Of a stretch of 54,329 nt of DNA, positions 24,250-39,549 are shown one piece after another. The DNA comes from Proteromonas lacertae (Eukaryota). The translations under genes were made by a program, and so were the position numbers. The stretch spans positions 1 to 54,329 of the forward strand of contig NGBS01000328.1 of NCBI GenBank assembly GCA_002245135.1, given 5' to 3'. The notes under the pieces were generated by a model. That model saw only the letters and a list, made by a program, of their open reading frames with translations. It ran no database searches and had not been told where the DNA came from. Positions within the stretch are counted from its first letter, which is position 1. Every line of letters begins with the position of its first letter.

Positions 24250-26597
24250 ATGAAAAAGAATTATATATACATTCTATTAACGATTAGTGCTATTCTTTTT
24301 AACACTTGTGATGCAAACTGCAAGTTATCAAGATGCAGGTATTTTTCTATTTGTTATTTATTTCAATCAGCGGGCATGGTGTTTGTAATGGTAAAAATGA
24401 TAATGCACAATGCGAATGTTATAAAGGATGGGGTGGTCCATCATGTTCTACAAGTATTGAATATTTTTTGATTTTCTACTATAGAAACATGTCTGTTAGG
24501 TAAATCATGGTTTTATGATGGTGTTTCTGATTTTTCCAATCAACCCATGTTAGAATGTAGTGGAGTAGGTATTTGTGATAAAGGAAAGTGTGATTGTCAG
24601 AAAGGGTTTGTAGGCAATGCTTGTCAAAGAATGAACTGTCCAGTTAATCCAAAAAATGGTCTTCCATGCAGTGGTAAAGGAGTATGTATAACAATGAGAC
24701 AACATTCAAAAACCAATTATAGATATCCAAATTATTTTGAGTATTTTCTCATCAATAATTATTTATTATAATATAGGTACAAAGAATGGGATGAGAATAT
24801 GATTTATGGTTGTGAGTGTGATTCATTTCATACAGGTTATGATTGTTCGTTAGAGATGTGTCCAATTGGTATTGATCCATTAATGACTATTACACCATCC
24901 GTATTATTATACTCCTGCTCACCTCCACAAACTCCAACTGATGGAACATTTCGATTTTTCATAAAGTATAATATATAATCTATAACAATATATACATATA
25001 TATATAGTGGTAAATATACATCAAATATCGCTACAGGAGAATCTCCAGAAGTGGTAGAGAAATATTTGAATAGTTTGTTAATAGGTGATGTAACTGTTGA
25101 GTTTTATACACAAAATGAATCTGAAGATGGAAATGAACCAATTCCAGTTCCATTTATATGCAGAGAAAAAGAAACTATTATAAAAATAACCATTACTAAT
25201 CCAAATCAAGAGTATGTTTGGATATTTATATATTTAATAGTATAAATACAATACACACTGCTCCAGGTACTGATAAATATGGAAAAGAGGCTTATAAATG
25301 GATTAAACCAACTCGTCTACAAGAATGGCAATATTCAAATGCTCATTTATTACCATGTAGTGGAAGAGGCGTATGTGATTACAATAAGGGAGAATGTGAA
25401 TGTGATCCACAAATAGAACCAAAATCGAATGGAATAGCCAATTGTGGTCAGAAATCAAAGAATGTTATAATTACTGAAAAACCATTGAATTGTCCATTAG
25501 GTCATAATTCTAATTTCCCTAATGAAACAATAGTATGTTCTGGCAATGGAATATGTAATAAAACTGAATATAAATGTGATTGTTATAAAGGATATGAAGG
25601 TCATAATTGTGAATTATGTATATAATATTAATTATCATTGTTATTACTATAGTGTCATGTCCCAAAGGTAGAGCTTGGTTTGATTGGCCTGTAAATGAAG
25701 AAGGAAGAAGTCATACAATGGCAACATGTAGTAATAAAGGTAATTGTGATTATAAAACAGGTGAATGTCAATGTCAAAGTGGATTTAGTGGATCAGCATG
25801 TGAGGTATTAGATTGTCCATCTAAAAATGCATATCAAGAATGTAGTGGTCATGGTAAATGTATGACAATATCACAAATATCACAACTCACTACATCAGCT
25901 AAAGCTACAGATTATTTACCTGATGATGATGTGATTATTGAAAAGAATAAATGGCAGATTTATTCACTTCGTCAATGTAAATGTGAGTTTGGTTATAAAG
26001 GTATTGATTGTAGTATTCCAATGTGTCCTTATGGTCCATTCTTTTATGATATTGAAGATTATAATAAGAATAACACAAATATGTCTCCATATGTAACATT
26101 TAAGTGTAAATTGAGCAATGAAAATGTTGATAGTGATGTTATTATCCATTTGAATAATGCAATGTCAAAGTTTAATACCAAAAATACAGTTAAAGATTTC
26201 AAGGAAATATTAAAATCTCATCCAGTATTTGAAAAACTAGAACTTGATGAAGAAATTGTAATAGAAACAAGTAATGACAATGATAATATTGATGATAATG
26301 AAAAAATATGTAATGGTAAGGAAACTACAATATATTTTCCAAAGTATTATTGTGCTGAAGACTTAATAATTGATTTTGAATATCATCCTACTGACTTAGC
26401 TTGTTATTCCATCCAATCCTGAAGTTCATAGTGATAAGAAATGTTATGAATGTAGTGGAAATGGTATATGTAATATATATAATAAAGAATGTAAGTGTTT
26501 TGATGGATTCTATTCTAGTAATGGAGTTGGATTGCATGGATATAAAGGAGATTGTGGGTATTATTCCACTTCTCCATTAAATGATGGAGATAAATAA
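24250..26597 (+). CDS. Secreted cysteine-rich EGF-like repeat protein, tubular mastigoneme (Sig/Ocm/Mas) type
   Basis: Signal peptide, then repeated CPxGxAWFD...CSNKGxCDxxTGECxCxxGFxGxAC and WD...GCxCD...GYDCS..MCPxGxDP blocks. One unexplained frame break near 26420. Confidence 0.7.
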
Positions 26598-26682
26598 TTA
26601 TCTCTGTGATTTTAATATAAGTTATATATATATAAGAATAGTTTGTTTTAAACACAAAAATACAACAAAATATGAAATAAAG

Positions 26683-29600
26683 TTAGAAAATGTCTGAATT
26701 ATCAGCTGTTTTTCTCTTTTTCTTATTATTATTTCCACTATTATCATGTATTTTTCTCTTATTCATTTCTCTTACACTTTCTTCCTTCTTAGCTTTCTTA
26801 GGATCATATATCATTTCTTCTCTCATTTTGCTCTTTCTTTTTATTCTAACATCCATAATCTATATTTATATTTATAACAATAATATATACTTCATTCTGA
26901 AGAATTGTTATGTTTTCTACCAAAGCAGAATGATCAACTACTCCATTTAGTTTTTCCAACATCTCATTGGATATTCGATGCAATTCTTTCACTTCTTCAT
27001 TTCCTTCACTTATTGTATTAGCTCTTACGATTGGATTTAACATTGGTTTCTATTCATATATATATATATAACAATATGAAAAATATACAATATATTTCTT
27101 TATTCTATTAATATCTTCAGTTGTAAGTATTGTATAGAAATATCCAAATATCAATTTTTTTGTTAAATGTTTACCTCTACATCCTAATCTACTGAATCTA
27201 TTCATTAAGGATTTAAATGGATCAATATTTTCCTCTTTATCATTTTCATCTTTCTTAAGTATAAATTGAGAACTAATAGTTAGTTGGGGATGATATAATA
27301 CTAATTTCGTTACATATAACAAATTCTCTACACATAAACTACCATATTCTTCAGTCATTACTTCACTTTCTAATGCACTTTGTAGATTTCGAATCATTAA
27401 GAATAATTCATCACTTCTTTCATATAATAATGATGATTTTGGGTTTATATCATCACCATACATTTCTATTACATCATCATACCAACTGTTATATAATTGA
27501 ATTATTCTTAAACATACCATTCTTATCCACAAATGACCATGACATATACCTTCTCTGACAGTTGATAACAACTTATAATATTCAGATTTAGAGAATATTT
27601 TCTTAACATAATTACCATTCTATATTAATAATAATATAATATATAAATATATACTGTTTTCATCATCTTTTCAATCAATATACAGATGTAATACATCAAT
27701 TGCCAAGGTAAATTATTGAACAAATACTTATTAGAATCTTCTAAATCCATTGTTATATTTTCATCTTCTAAGAATATATTTTCTCTTTTCTTTGCCATTT
27801 CGTTCTCTTTTTCATTCACTTCTTCAAGAAAATCTTTACAATTTTTCATTTCATTTATTAATAATTCACTTATTTCTTTCATTGGAATTTGCTTTATTAT
27901 TTCTGGTTTTACTTCAAGGAATAATCCATATGTTTGAAGCGATATTCTTTTCAATTGATTCTTATTACTATGTATAAGCCATTCGTATAAATATTTCAGG
28001 AATTTATTCACCATACCTTGAGGAACTCTACAAATTAACACTTTTAATACTATTGAAATATAATAAAAAACATATTATATATATACTTGTTCCTACTGTG
28101 GCTCTACATATGTTTGATTCATCATTCACTAACCTCAATACTAATGTAGCAAATAATAACTCACTGTAATGTTCAAGTATCTATTAATAAGTTTATATAT
28201 AATAATAATAATGATACATTTGGATCAAATTTTAATACGACTAGATATATTAAATCATAACAAGATAATCTTCCACTTTCATATACAAAACTCATATTTT
28301 TCAATAAGAAATTTAAATGAATTTTAGTTAGTTTTGTATCTTTACCATAAACCAATAGAAATTGAGATAAAACTTGACCTGATTTGGTCCTAATCTGTTC
28401 TGATGGACTGGTTAGTAATAGATTCTGCATTTTTTCAATTAAATCATAAATCTCTGTTAGTTGAATATGTCTATTAACAACAGCTTTTATATAACCAAAA
28501 TTGTTATTCACATTTGTTATATTCTCTATATCCATTGAAATCATTGATAATATATATTTAATTTGATCATTTGTGAAAGAAAAAGTCTTCTTTTGACTTA
28601 ATATAATTGAAATACACTTGATACAAGCTTGAACTACATCACTTTTAGTTGTACTTCCTGCGCTTTTCATTACTATAAATAAACCATCTACAATATTCCT
28701 AAATGATTCATTTAATGACTTTAAATTCCATGTAATTATTATGGTAAAACATTGAACTGTTAGAATCAACACATCATCACTTTTACATTGCAATAAACAC
28801 TTATAAAGTAAAGGAATCATTGGCTCTAATAGTGATAAATGCTGAGTGTTTGTATTAGTTAGTTTTGTAGTATGCAAATATTGATATAATAACTTCATTG
28901 ACAATTCAATTATGATGTTTTTACCTGATGTTCCAATCTTTCGATAGTTATGAAATCTATCATAACCAGTCATATATACTGCTTTTGGAATGCAATACAA
29001 ATCATCTTTGGTTGGTTTTGGAGTTGGTTTTATATTGGAACTATTCAATAATAATAATAATAATAATCATTATATATACTATATTGCAGTATATCCCCAA
29101 TTAGAAACACCATTAGTTTTATTCTTTTCATCTTCTCTATTTTCATTGAATATCTCCATATTGGAAGTTAATAATGTATTTATATATATCATCATATTTA
29201 TCACTTGAACTGTTGGATTCTTTAATAATCCTTGTACCACTTTCCTGAAGATGTTTCTTACACAATCAACATCTTTAGCATTATCACTCTTCTCTAGTTT
29301 CTCCATAAATGGATTTAATAACATATGAACTATAAAAAAAATAATAATAAGATATACTTGCTTGATTTGGTAAGAATGGTATTATAGTTGCTAGTTTCTC
29401 CAGTATTTCATATGATTTTGTACTATTCAATTCTTTTATTCCAACTTTATATCTAAATTCATCTTCTTTTTCTTTACCAATATCACCAAATATATCATCA
29501 ATTATAACATCTAAGAATAAAGAGAGACAATTAATCAAATATTCTTGATTCTGTTTTTCTTCCTCAGTGAAATCTATTCTTATATCATTCTCATTCTTCT

Positions 29601-32600
29601 TTGGAGGTGTAATAATAGGTGAAATTGATTCTAAGATACTATAAAACACAAAACCTCTAACATGTAATAAATGACTTTCATTTAGATTCAAATGGACTGT
29701 TTGTAGTAATGTAAATAAATACTTTGGACCGATCATTGGAGCAATATTTGATACTATTTATAATACATAATAATGTTATATATATATACATGTATTTCTA
29801 GCTGTATCTCTAATAGATTGTACTTTTGATCTTAATACTCTTGCTGTTGATTCTAAAGTTCCTGTTAAATATCTATCAAATAATCTTTCTGGAAGTTTCT
29901 TTAATATTTTTATTATTGAATAAGCAACTGGTACTCTTAGTTCAGTATTTCCATTATCTATTCTTTTCACTTGTAATCCTTTCAATATTGGTAATATATT
30001 CTTTATTACTTGATCTAATATGTTTATGTCTGATGTATTGTTAATAATAATATTTGTATCTAATATGATTTCTTCTATCTTATCATTATTATTATTACCT
30101 TCTTCTTCTTCTTCTCTTTCTTCTTCTTCTCTTTCTTCTTCTTCTCTTTCTTCTTCTTCTTCCTCCATCTTATTGCTTTTCTTTTTCTCTTCATCCCTAT
30201 CTTCTTCTTTTTCTTCTTCCTCTTCATTTTTATCATCAACTATAGCGAAATGAAATCCATCAATCACTGAAGATAACCCTCTTATTAACTGCTTCTCTAT
30301 TTCAGGCTGTCTTATTGTCTGTCTTACGAAATATTTGAATAAACTATAATATAAAGGCCAAGGTAATAATCGTGTAATTGACGGTAATGTCATTATGGAA
30401 GCATCTTGTAAATCACGATCTATATTTATATAATTACAATATAATAAGTATACTAACTAGTTGTATATCTTCAATGAAATGTTTTAATAATGGTAATATT
30501 ACTTTATATATTGAATAATATGATATTTGATTATCATCTGTCTCAGGTAGTGATTGTATGTAATTACGAAGTATTTTTAATGCATCTTTTCTTTTTTCAC
30601 TCTAAACATAATAATAACAAAAAGATTATATATAAATACATTCAATTCTAGAACACAGTGAAAGAAATCTTCATCGACATTATCACTACATAAATACTGC
30701 AAATTCAAATGAATAAATGGGATATGTGTATCTTTAAATGTAATAACAATATGTCTTATAATCTTCAATGCATTTTGATGTATCAAGTGATTATTATTTA
30801 ATATCTTCAAATAACTATGTAATGAAGATAATAGTGGATTATTGAGTAAAGATAATGTCTCAATATTCCTATCTTTAGAATATAAACGAAATAATTCATT
30901 GATGAATATCTTCATCAATTCCATTGCTTCAATTCTTACTGGTAAATCAGAGTTATTTATATCAGAAATAAACTGATAAAGCAATAAAATAACTTGATTT
31001 TTATTCTTCATATACTTCTTCAAATCAACTTCTAATTGCTTATAAGTATTAGTTATAATTTTATAATCAAAAACACCGATCTTATTCCTTTCCATCTTAT
31101 TCAAATTGTCAATTATTTCATAAATACATTTCATATATTCCGTATTTGGATGATCTCCAATAGCTTTAAATACATCAATCAATGACCTTCTACATGATCC
31201 GTTTAATGCAGTAATTCCTCCTCCTAAAAAGGATGATAATTTATGAATATATAATGATGGATCTTCTACATTAAATACTAAACTATTAATAGTATTTAAC
31301 ATCTTTATTTTTATATTATCATTATCACCTAAACATCTTGGAGTTTGAAGAAAATGAATAAACAACAATATAATTTGACTAATTACCTTTTGATCTTTCT
31401 TTCCATCCACTTCCAATGTGTAATTACTTAATGTTAATAATATCTCTAATTCTCTGATAGCTAATTGACCATTGAATGTTTTGGTAGTGGATAAACGGAA
31501 TGTATAATATCTCCATTAACTCCTGAAAGATAATTATTGATTAATTCTTTACCAATTCTATTGAAATATACTTAATAATAAGTATATATACTTTGAATCT
31601 GTATTAATTAGATTCTCTATTATTGATAAACAACTACTTAATATTACACTTCCTGATGGTTTATGCTGCTCCACACCAGCACTTATACATCTCAGTGATT
31701 GTAATAATAATAACGGCTCTATTTTTAATAACTTATGAAGTGATGTATCTTCAGATATTGACACTATAATCATTATATATATATATTAAGAATAATAACT
31801 ATACATGTTAATCTTAATAAAGTTGGATTACTCTTATTACTACCTATTGTAGATGTTGGTAATTGTTCAATTAGTGGTTGTATATAGGTATAGAATAATT
31901 CAAACCATTTATCATAATATTCATAACTATATAAATATAAATATATAAATAAATATATATAATATTACCTTGGCAACAATGTAACTAACTCTGTGATATT
32001 CTTCAAACATAATGTACGTATTTGACTGTATTGTTTCATCAGTATAGTATGTTGATATTGTTTATCTTCATCATCATCATCATCTTCTTCTTCTTCAACA
32101 TCATCTTCTTTTTCTTCTTCCATTTCTTTAGATTTTAATATCTTTTGATTATCAGTTACATACTTTAATGTGGCAATAATCACTTGTAACATTATGGGGA
32201 TATACTTCTTCACTTTTAACTTGAAACAACTTATACACTTTATATTCAATACCAAATAACCAATTATTCTCTTAATAGGTATTATCTTTATATCAATACT
32301 AGATATTCTACTCTCAATATCTTTAATCTATTGAAAAACACAATAAATATATAAATATATACTGTTTTAGCATCTTTATTATTAAACTCCCTTCCAAATG
32401 GTAATATTAATAAATCAATAAATGGTTTTAACTCCTCTGCTGTTAAAGCTGATAAATAGTTCAACGCTATTAATTGTCTAGTCTGCATCAAGTCATTTCC
32501 ATATCTCTTCCTATAGAATAGCTTACCATATAATATTCTGATTAATATTGGAATTAAAACCTTTCTTTCTGTTTCTGTAATATCACTTCCTTCTTTATTC

Positions 32601-34099
32601 ATTGACAAATCAAATAATCCATTCTGAAATGTCTTTTCATTGATTATTCCATTTATAAATTCTTTATATTTCTCAACTATATCGTCTTTGAATGTAGAAT
32701 AACATTTGAATGAAAGTAATTGTAAGTTTTCTTCAGATTTTGATAATAGATGGAAATAAACAGACTTTAATAGTTCAGAAGCGTAGTGATTTTCAGGATT
32801 CTTAAATGCAGAGAATATATTCAAATAAACTGTCAGTTTCTGTGTAATAATTGATCTTGGTAATATGGATTGAGCATATAAACTATTATCTAAATATTTA
32901 TCAAAATTGAATATATCTTTCTCAATATCATCTCTATCAGTTGAACCATAATATTCATTATGTAGAAACCTCAAGAATTCAACAACAAATGATTTGTTAT
33001 TACTTTCAATAGATGTACTATATTCTAGAATACTAGATCTGAGATTTTCCCAATATTGATTCTTATCAGTAAAACTATTCAAATTATATATAAATATTAT
33101 AATATATATATATATATATACTAATCTTCAAATTCTAGCAATTCTATCTTATAATATAAATCACATTTGATTCTGAATAACTCATTATACTATAATAAAA
33201 CATATAAAAACGTATATAAAATACATCAAATATTTTTCATGTCTTTTCCTATTACTACTTATTACTGAGGTTGACATTGTAGTGGATATTTCATCCAACT
33301 GTTCCATAGAATCATATTCATCTCTTGTCTTTAACAAATACTCTTCAATGATTGGCCAGATTATCTTCGTATATTTTTCCACTATAACTGACATACATAA
33401 TGATATTGGTTTCCATAATCTACTGAATTTCACATAATACAACCCAATCAAATGATGGATAATCAATAGTATATATTGTTCAGGAATATATCCAGTCTGT
33501 ATTAAGACTGATAGTCTATTCATATGAGCAACTCTTCTTCTTTCATCTTCAATAGTATTCTAATTATATATATATATATAGGTATTATACTTGTAATGAT
33601 TCTATTTCTAATAAATGAGATATAACATCACATTCTCCTATAAATTCTTCATTCTCTTTACTCTCTATATACTTCAACTTTGGATAATTATTAATTATTT
33701 GTAATGACAATAATCTTATTCTATGAATATTAGATGAAAGATTATTTGATAATTTCTCTAATAATTTGGAATATGTTTTATATTTTAAAACTTTTAATTC
33801 TTCTGGCAATTGTGATATAAAATCATTTATATATTTCAATGTTGGATAACTGCTATGATTCTTTAATAAATACTTAATTATATCTTTATGAAGTGTAGAT
33901 ATATCTTCATTATTATCCTCATGATTTAGTTTTATAAAACAGTTTATTATTTCTCCATATATTACAGCTATTTCATTATTATTAACATCATTTACTTTAG
34001 AATATTCATCAATTAATGACTTATATATTGGAAGTAATTCATTTGAATTGTAATTAATCCTCTCTGATATATGAATTATCATTGCTTTAACTGAATTAT

Positions 34100-34141
<42 letters not shown>

Positions 34142-34789
34142 ACATCATTATATATAAATATTATACATTTTAATTGAGTTTATCTTCTTCATAGTTGTCA
34201 ATATATAATCAGATATATGGTTTATATATTCTACTTTTATTCTTCCATTTTTATTATTATAATACTTTGAAAACACTGTTGAATTTTGGAATATATGTTC
34301 GCTTACATCATCTAACAAGTATAGATTCTCATTTACCAATTCATAGTTATTGTTATTGATAATTTCAAAGTAAAAGTCAATATATAACGATATGAAATTA
34401 TCATAAGTAACAATGAATAACAGTTGGTGTAAGAATTTATAATGTATTATCTATATACAATAATATTATATATATATACTTTAATATTATCACATAATGG
34501 TTTAATAAACTTCTTCTTCCATACTAACTTATTATCAACATCAATTTTCTTATATTTCACTATTTTCCACAAATTTAATATCATATTCAATACTGTACTG
34601 CATAGTTTATCTGATTTAGTTATATATACTTCATAATTAACATTACATAACAACTATTGATATATATATATATATATATATACATTTTCAATATATTTAA
34701 TATTTCTTTCATCTATTCTATTACCATAATACTCAGTAAGCCAAATCATTAATAAATTATATAAATATAATAAACACTCTTCACATATT

Positions 34790-34824
<35 letters not shown>

Positions 34825-35965
34825 TAGAATATATACCTTATCAACACTTATTATTTCATTGCATATAATATGAATAATATCACCACAATATTCATTAGTA
34901 GTGAAAGTACAGAAATCTTTGATCACTTTGTATAATACTTTATATTTTGATTCTATTATTTCTATATCATTTTCACTATCTTTAGGATATAAAGTGTGTA
35001 TTAAAACTGGCAGAACTTTGGGTAGAAAGCTTTGGAATTGATGCTATAAATAATAATAATAATAATACTTGTATATTTTTAAATGTTTCACTTATCAATT
35101 TACTAATTCCATCTTCTAAATCAATATTTCCTCTACCTTTTCCATAACTGTAGGCTTTTATAATTCTTTTCAATTCTTTTATAATTCCTTCTTCTTTAAG
35201 CCTTCGAATTAAATATCCAAAACTTTCTGCAGCAAAATTACGAATATATTCTTTCTTATGACCAAGTAATTTACCATAACATTCATGAATTATTGTCAAA
35301 TCCTATTATTATATAAATATAACTTATAAATAAATATAACTATACTTCTACCAATCGCTTGCTCTGATATTTGAAGATTAAAGCAAGTGAATGAAAAATT
35401 AATGAGGTCAATGTGGTTTGTTGAGGGTTTATAATATCCAAAAGTGTATTTAATATATCAGGAAAAACTTTTAAAAAATCTGAAGCAGTATCTAGAGCTA
35501 ATAATGGTAATAATTCTAATAATGACTTCAAAGCTAAAGAATTTGGTATCTATTGTATATAAGAATATTTATATACTCTAAGATATTTAATAATGACTTT
35601 TGTAACTGTTGGAAGGTTATGAATCAACATTGGAAGACTGAGTACGTATTTTGATATCTAAAATATGTATATACAGCGGTACTATATACTTCGGTATAAA
35701 AATCTTCATAATCTTTACTTAGATCAAGTTCATTGCGAAAAATTAGAAACTGATCGATGAACAGAGATATTTTAACATCATCCTATGAATATTATACATA
35801 TTAATACATCTGTCTTATTACCTATACGAACTGTTTTCAACACTTCAGATTCAACACTTGCAATTCTTTCACTTAAAATTGGCAAAACGATATCTATAAA
35901 AGTCAATTGTATGATATTTACTTTATTTTACCATCTACTTCTCTTAGTTGCTTTAAATCGTCCAT
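26683..35965 (-). CDS. UTP20: Small subunit processome component UTP20 (DRIM), many exons
   Basis: KEYIRNFAAESFGYLIRR, LIRILYGK, LPWPLYYSL, LRSKVQSIRDTAR, LHVRGF and FVYESGRLS over ~9 kb of helical-repeat exons. Confidence 0.9.
30100..30165. repeat. 15-bp coding minisatellite (EEEER repeats) within UTP20
   Basis: tcttcttcttctctt tandem units. Confidence 0.8.
34102..34138. repeat. (TA)n microsatellite in a UTP20 intron
   Basis: Uninterrupted tatata tract. Confidence 0.9.
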
Positions 35966-36145
35966 TAATTCAAATGAAAATGATCAAATATCGAGTCAAG
36001 CTTTATCAAAATAGAATTTTACATTTTCATTTCATTTGTGTGTTGATAAACTCAAGAATTTTCAGGAGCAATATGTTCAAAAGAGAAATTAAAACAACTA
36101 CTATAAAATAAAACAATATTACTGATTCTTTAATATATATGTATA

Positions 36146-39100
36146 TTAATTCTTGAACATTGACATTAATCCACCTCTAATAGGAACTACTTGATTTGGA
36201 GTACCAGCTGTTGCTACTCCTCTTCCTTTTATTGCATTAATGGTTGCTCCACCTCTTATTGTAGATACTGAAGTAGGGAATCTAAATCCAGTTGATGATG
36301 ATGATCCACTATTCGCCTTCTTCTCTAATTCTTTTATTTTATCATTCAAAGATGTCATTTTCTTTTCATTCAAATGAAGAGTCATCATCATTTTAGATAA
36401 TTGTGCATCTTTTTCTTTTAATTTCATCTCCAATTTTCTATTTTCATCTCTCATCTTCTTCTCATTTGATTGTTTCATATAGGCTTGATCGAATAACTCG
36501 ATTTGTTCTTTACATGCATCTAATTGTAATTCTAATTGAACTACTCTATCGCATCTATTATGAAGACTATCTTGTAATGTTTGGATTTGTTGTTCTCTTA
36601 ATACAACATCATTCATCAATGATAAATAAGCTTCTGCATATTCTTCATCTACATCTGATTCATCAGTTGTTGTTGTTGATGTTTCTGTTTTTTCTTCTTT
36701 TCTTTTCAATAAATTAGTTAATACATCATTTCTTTCTTGTAATTGTTTATTCTTTGATTCATAATCTTTTAATCTTTCTTCTGTTGAAGCAAATCTTTCA
36801 CTTAATACCTTAAACTCCATTGTTATTTGATTATATTGTTCTACAAGATTCTCATTAGTTGAACTAAGACATGAATCATCTCTATTTCTTGTATTATTAT
36901 TATTATTATTATTTATATTTCCAGCTAATGCATTATCACTATCTACCAGTAATTGTAACTTCAAGGATGATGTTTCTGATAATAATTCTTCTTTTATACT
37001 TTTATATTGTTCAATTTCATCTTTCAGTTTTAATATCATTGTCTCTTGAGCTTTACATAATTCAGTCATTTGTTGAAGACTTTCTACTGGATTATCAGTA
37101 TTCTAAATAAACAAAATAATAATATATATATACATTTGAATCATTACATAATGATTGACCAATTTTGGTTATTTGTTCTTCTAATTGTGAATTTAAATCT
37201 TTTTCATTTGATAATAATTTCACAGTATTTTCATATTTCTTTTTCATCTCTTCATGCTCTATTTTCAACGTATCATAATCAACTTGATAAGTAGACAATC
37301 CTTCAGTTAAAGTATTAATCTGTATTTCATAATCTTTAATTTGTTTCTTCAATTCTGACAGTTTTATTTTGTCTTTCAATTGATCAGATCTACTTCCATC
37401 TTCTAAAGCAGCGATTGATCCTCTTCTTGACATACTTCCACTTACTCCTCTATTTCTACTCATTGTTGACTGTGAACTAGTTTCATCTATTTTTGAATCT
37501 AAACTATCTATTTTCTTTAACTCAGATACGGATGTTGATGTTGGTGAGTTTACTTCTGTTGGATTTTCTGAACCAACTTCACTAGTTGCTGTAGTTGCAC
37601 AAGTACTTGTAGGAATTGATAAATCAGTTTTGACTGAAGCTAAAGATGGTAAATTTTCTATATTCATTTCAGATAATGATTCTTCTGTTAATTTTACCAT
37701 TTCACTTACTTTATCATTTTCATTTTCTTCATCAGATGTTCTTTCTTTCATACTATCTTCACTTCTTGTTGCTTTTATTTCTTCTTCATCTGATCTTTCA
37801 CTCATATAACTACTATTATCACTATATTCACTATCACTTAATTCTATTGGAACTTCATCAGGATGTTTCTCTTTTATTTCTCTTGCTAGATCTTTCAAAG
37901 CGTGAATTCTTTCTTTAAAATACTTATTCTTCATTTCTACTGCTTTCACATGATCTTTGTAACTTTGCTGTACCTTTTCTATTTCTTCCATTTGTTCTAT
38001 AAATCCTGTTTTAAAATCTATTACAATATCTTTATAATTGTTACATTCTTCAGTTCTTTCATCCACTTGTTTCTGTAATTCATCTACATCATCCAAAGCA
38101 GCCTATATATATATATATATATTATATTATATACTTCACATCTTTGTTTCAACTTTTCATATTCATCTTCATCAATATCACTATTAACTACACTCTTTAT
38201 ATCACCTATTTCTTTACCTTCAGATAATAATTGTCTTTTTAAAAGTTCAATTTCTTTCAATGCAGCAGCTAATTCCATTTTCAATTCAGCTGCAGATTTT
38301 TCTGCATTTATTACAGCTTTATTCTTTATTCTTTTTGCTCTTATTCCAAATCTCAATGTTGATACTGTTTCTTCTTCATTATATTTCGCTGGAGAACAAT
38401 TCAATATTAACGCTGTTTTACTATTACCACCTAATGCTTCTTGTAATATTCTTGTCAATTGAGAATCTCGATAAGGAATATGACTACTTTTACCATCTGT
38501 TAATGCATTTATCACACTTCCTAATGTAAATAAAGATTTGTTTATATTCTTAGCTTCATCTAATCGAGTTCCTTCAGCTCCAGTCTTTTGAATCTTTTCA
38601 CTACCAGCTAAATCAACTAAATATAATCGACCACTTTTTCGAGATAATGTTTCTAAATTTCTTTGAGCTATTGTTATTACAAAAATACTGTGACTTCGAC
38701 TTGAAAATTTGTTCATATTCGTTGCACCTACACTTCGATTAGTTGTACCTATTTTCAATAGATTAAATATATCATCTGGAGATGAAACATAATAATCACT
38801 AGCATTTCCCACATATACTCCTTTATCTCGACTTTCATGAACTTTCAAATCTAAACGAGTTGGATCTAATAAATCACGAATCTTTTCATTATATATTTCT
38901 AACATTGACACTTGAACAGTAAATTCGATATTTTGATTCGCACTGTAGATTGTTTCAAACAAAGTATCAATCATTCGAGGAATTATACCTCGCTTTTCTT
39001 TATCATTATAATCAGGTCCTTCCATTGTATGAGTTTTACCAGCTGATGTTTGACCATATGCAAATATTGTTCCATTATATCCTTCGATCACTTGAAGAAT

Positions 39101-39419
39101 TACTGGTTTTGCTGCATATGTATACACTTCTTCTTGAGTTGTTTTCATCTCAAATACTCGATCAAATGTAAATTTTTGTGAATCAGTTTTTACATACACA
39201 GACATCTATTCATATTTACACATATTATTATTTATATATACACCATCAGGAGAAAAATCATAATTTACTTTACCACCTTCTTTCAATGCAAGCTCTTTTT
39301 CATTCTGAGGACGAAATCTACACACTACCTATTTCAATTATTTCAATTGTGTATTATACTTTTATATCACTATCGCTGCTATTATTACCAGGATTTTGTG
39401 AGTTTTCTTGGTTACTCAT
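36146..39419 (-). CDS. Kinesin-1 (conventional kinesin heavy chain)-like motor
   Basis: VVCRFRP, GQTSAGKT, SSRSH, LVDLAGSE and HIPYRDS, a coiled-coil stalk, and tail IRGG motifs. Confidence 0.93.
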
Positions 39420-39549
39420 TTCTCAATTATTTAAGATCTACTTCAAAATTTAAATATTCACTCTATATAATGATTATTTTAATAAAAATGAAAAATTGAT
39501 CAAACTTCAATCAAGCCTTTCAAAAGATTTTTTGATTATTTTGAAAGAT
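39420..39549. promoter_or_regulatory. Putative bidirectional promoter between kinesin and VPS50
   Basis: 130-bp gap between divergent start codons 39419 and 39550. Confidence 0.65.

Noticed and set aside
30020..30253. Serine-rich ORF
   Set aside because: Antisense of the glutamate-rich UTP20 segment.
39496..39549. Upstream extension of the VPS50 ORF
   Set aside because: It starts at TTG in the promoter. The first ATG is at 39550.
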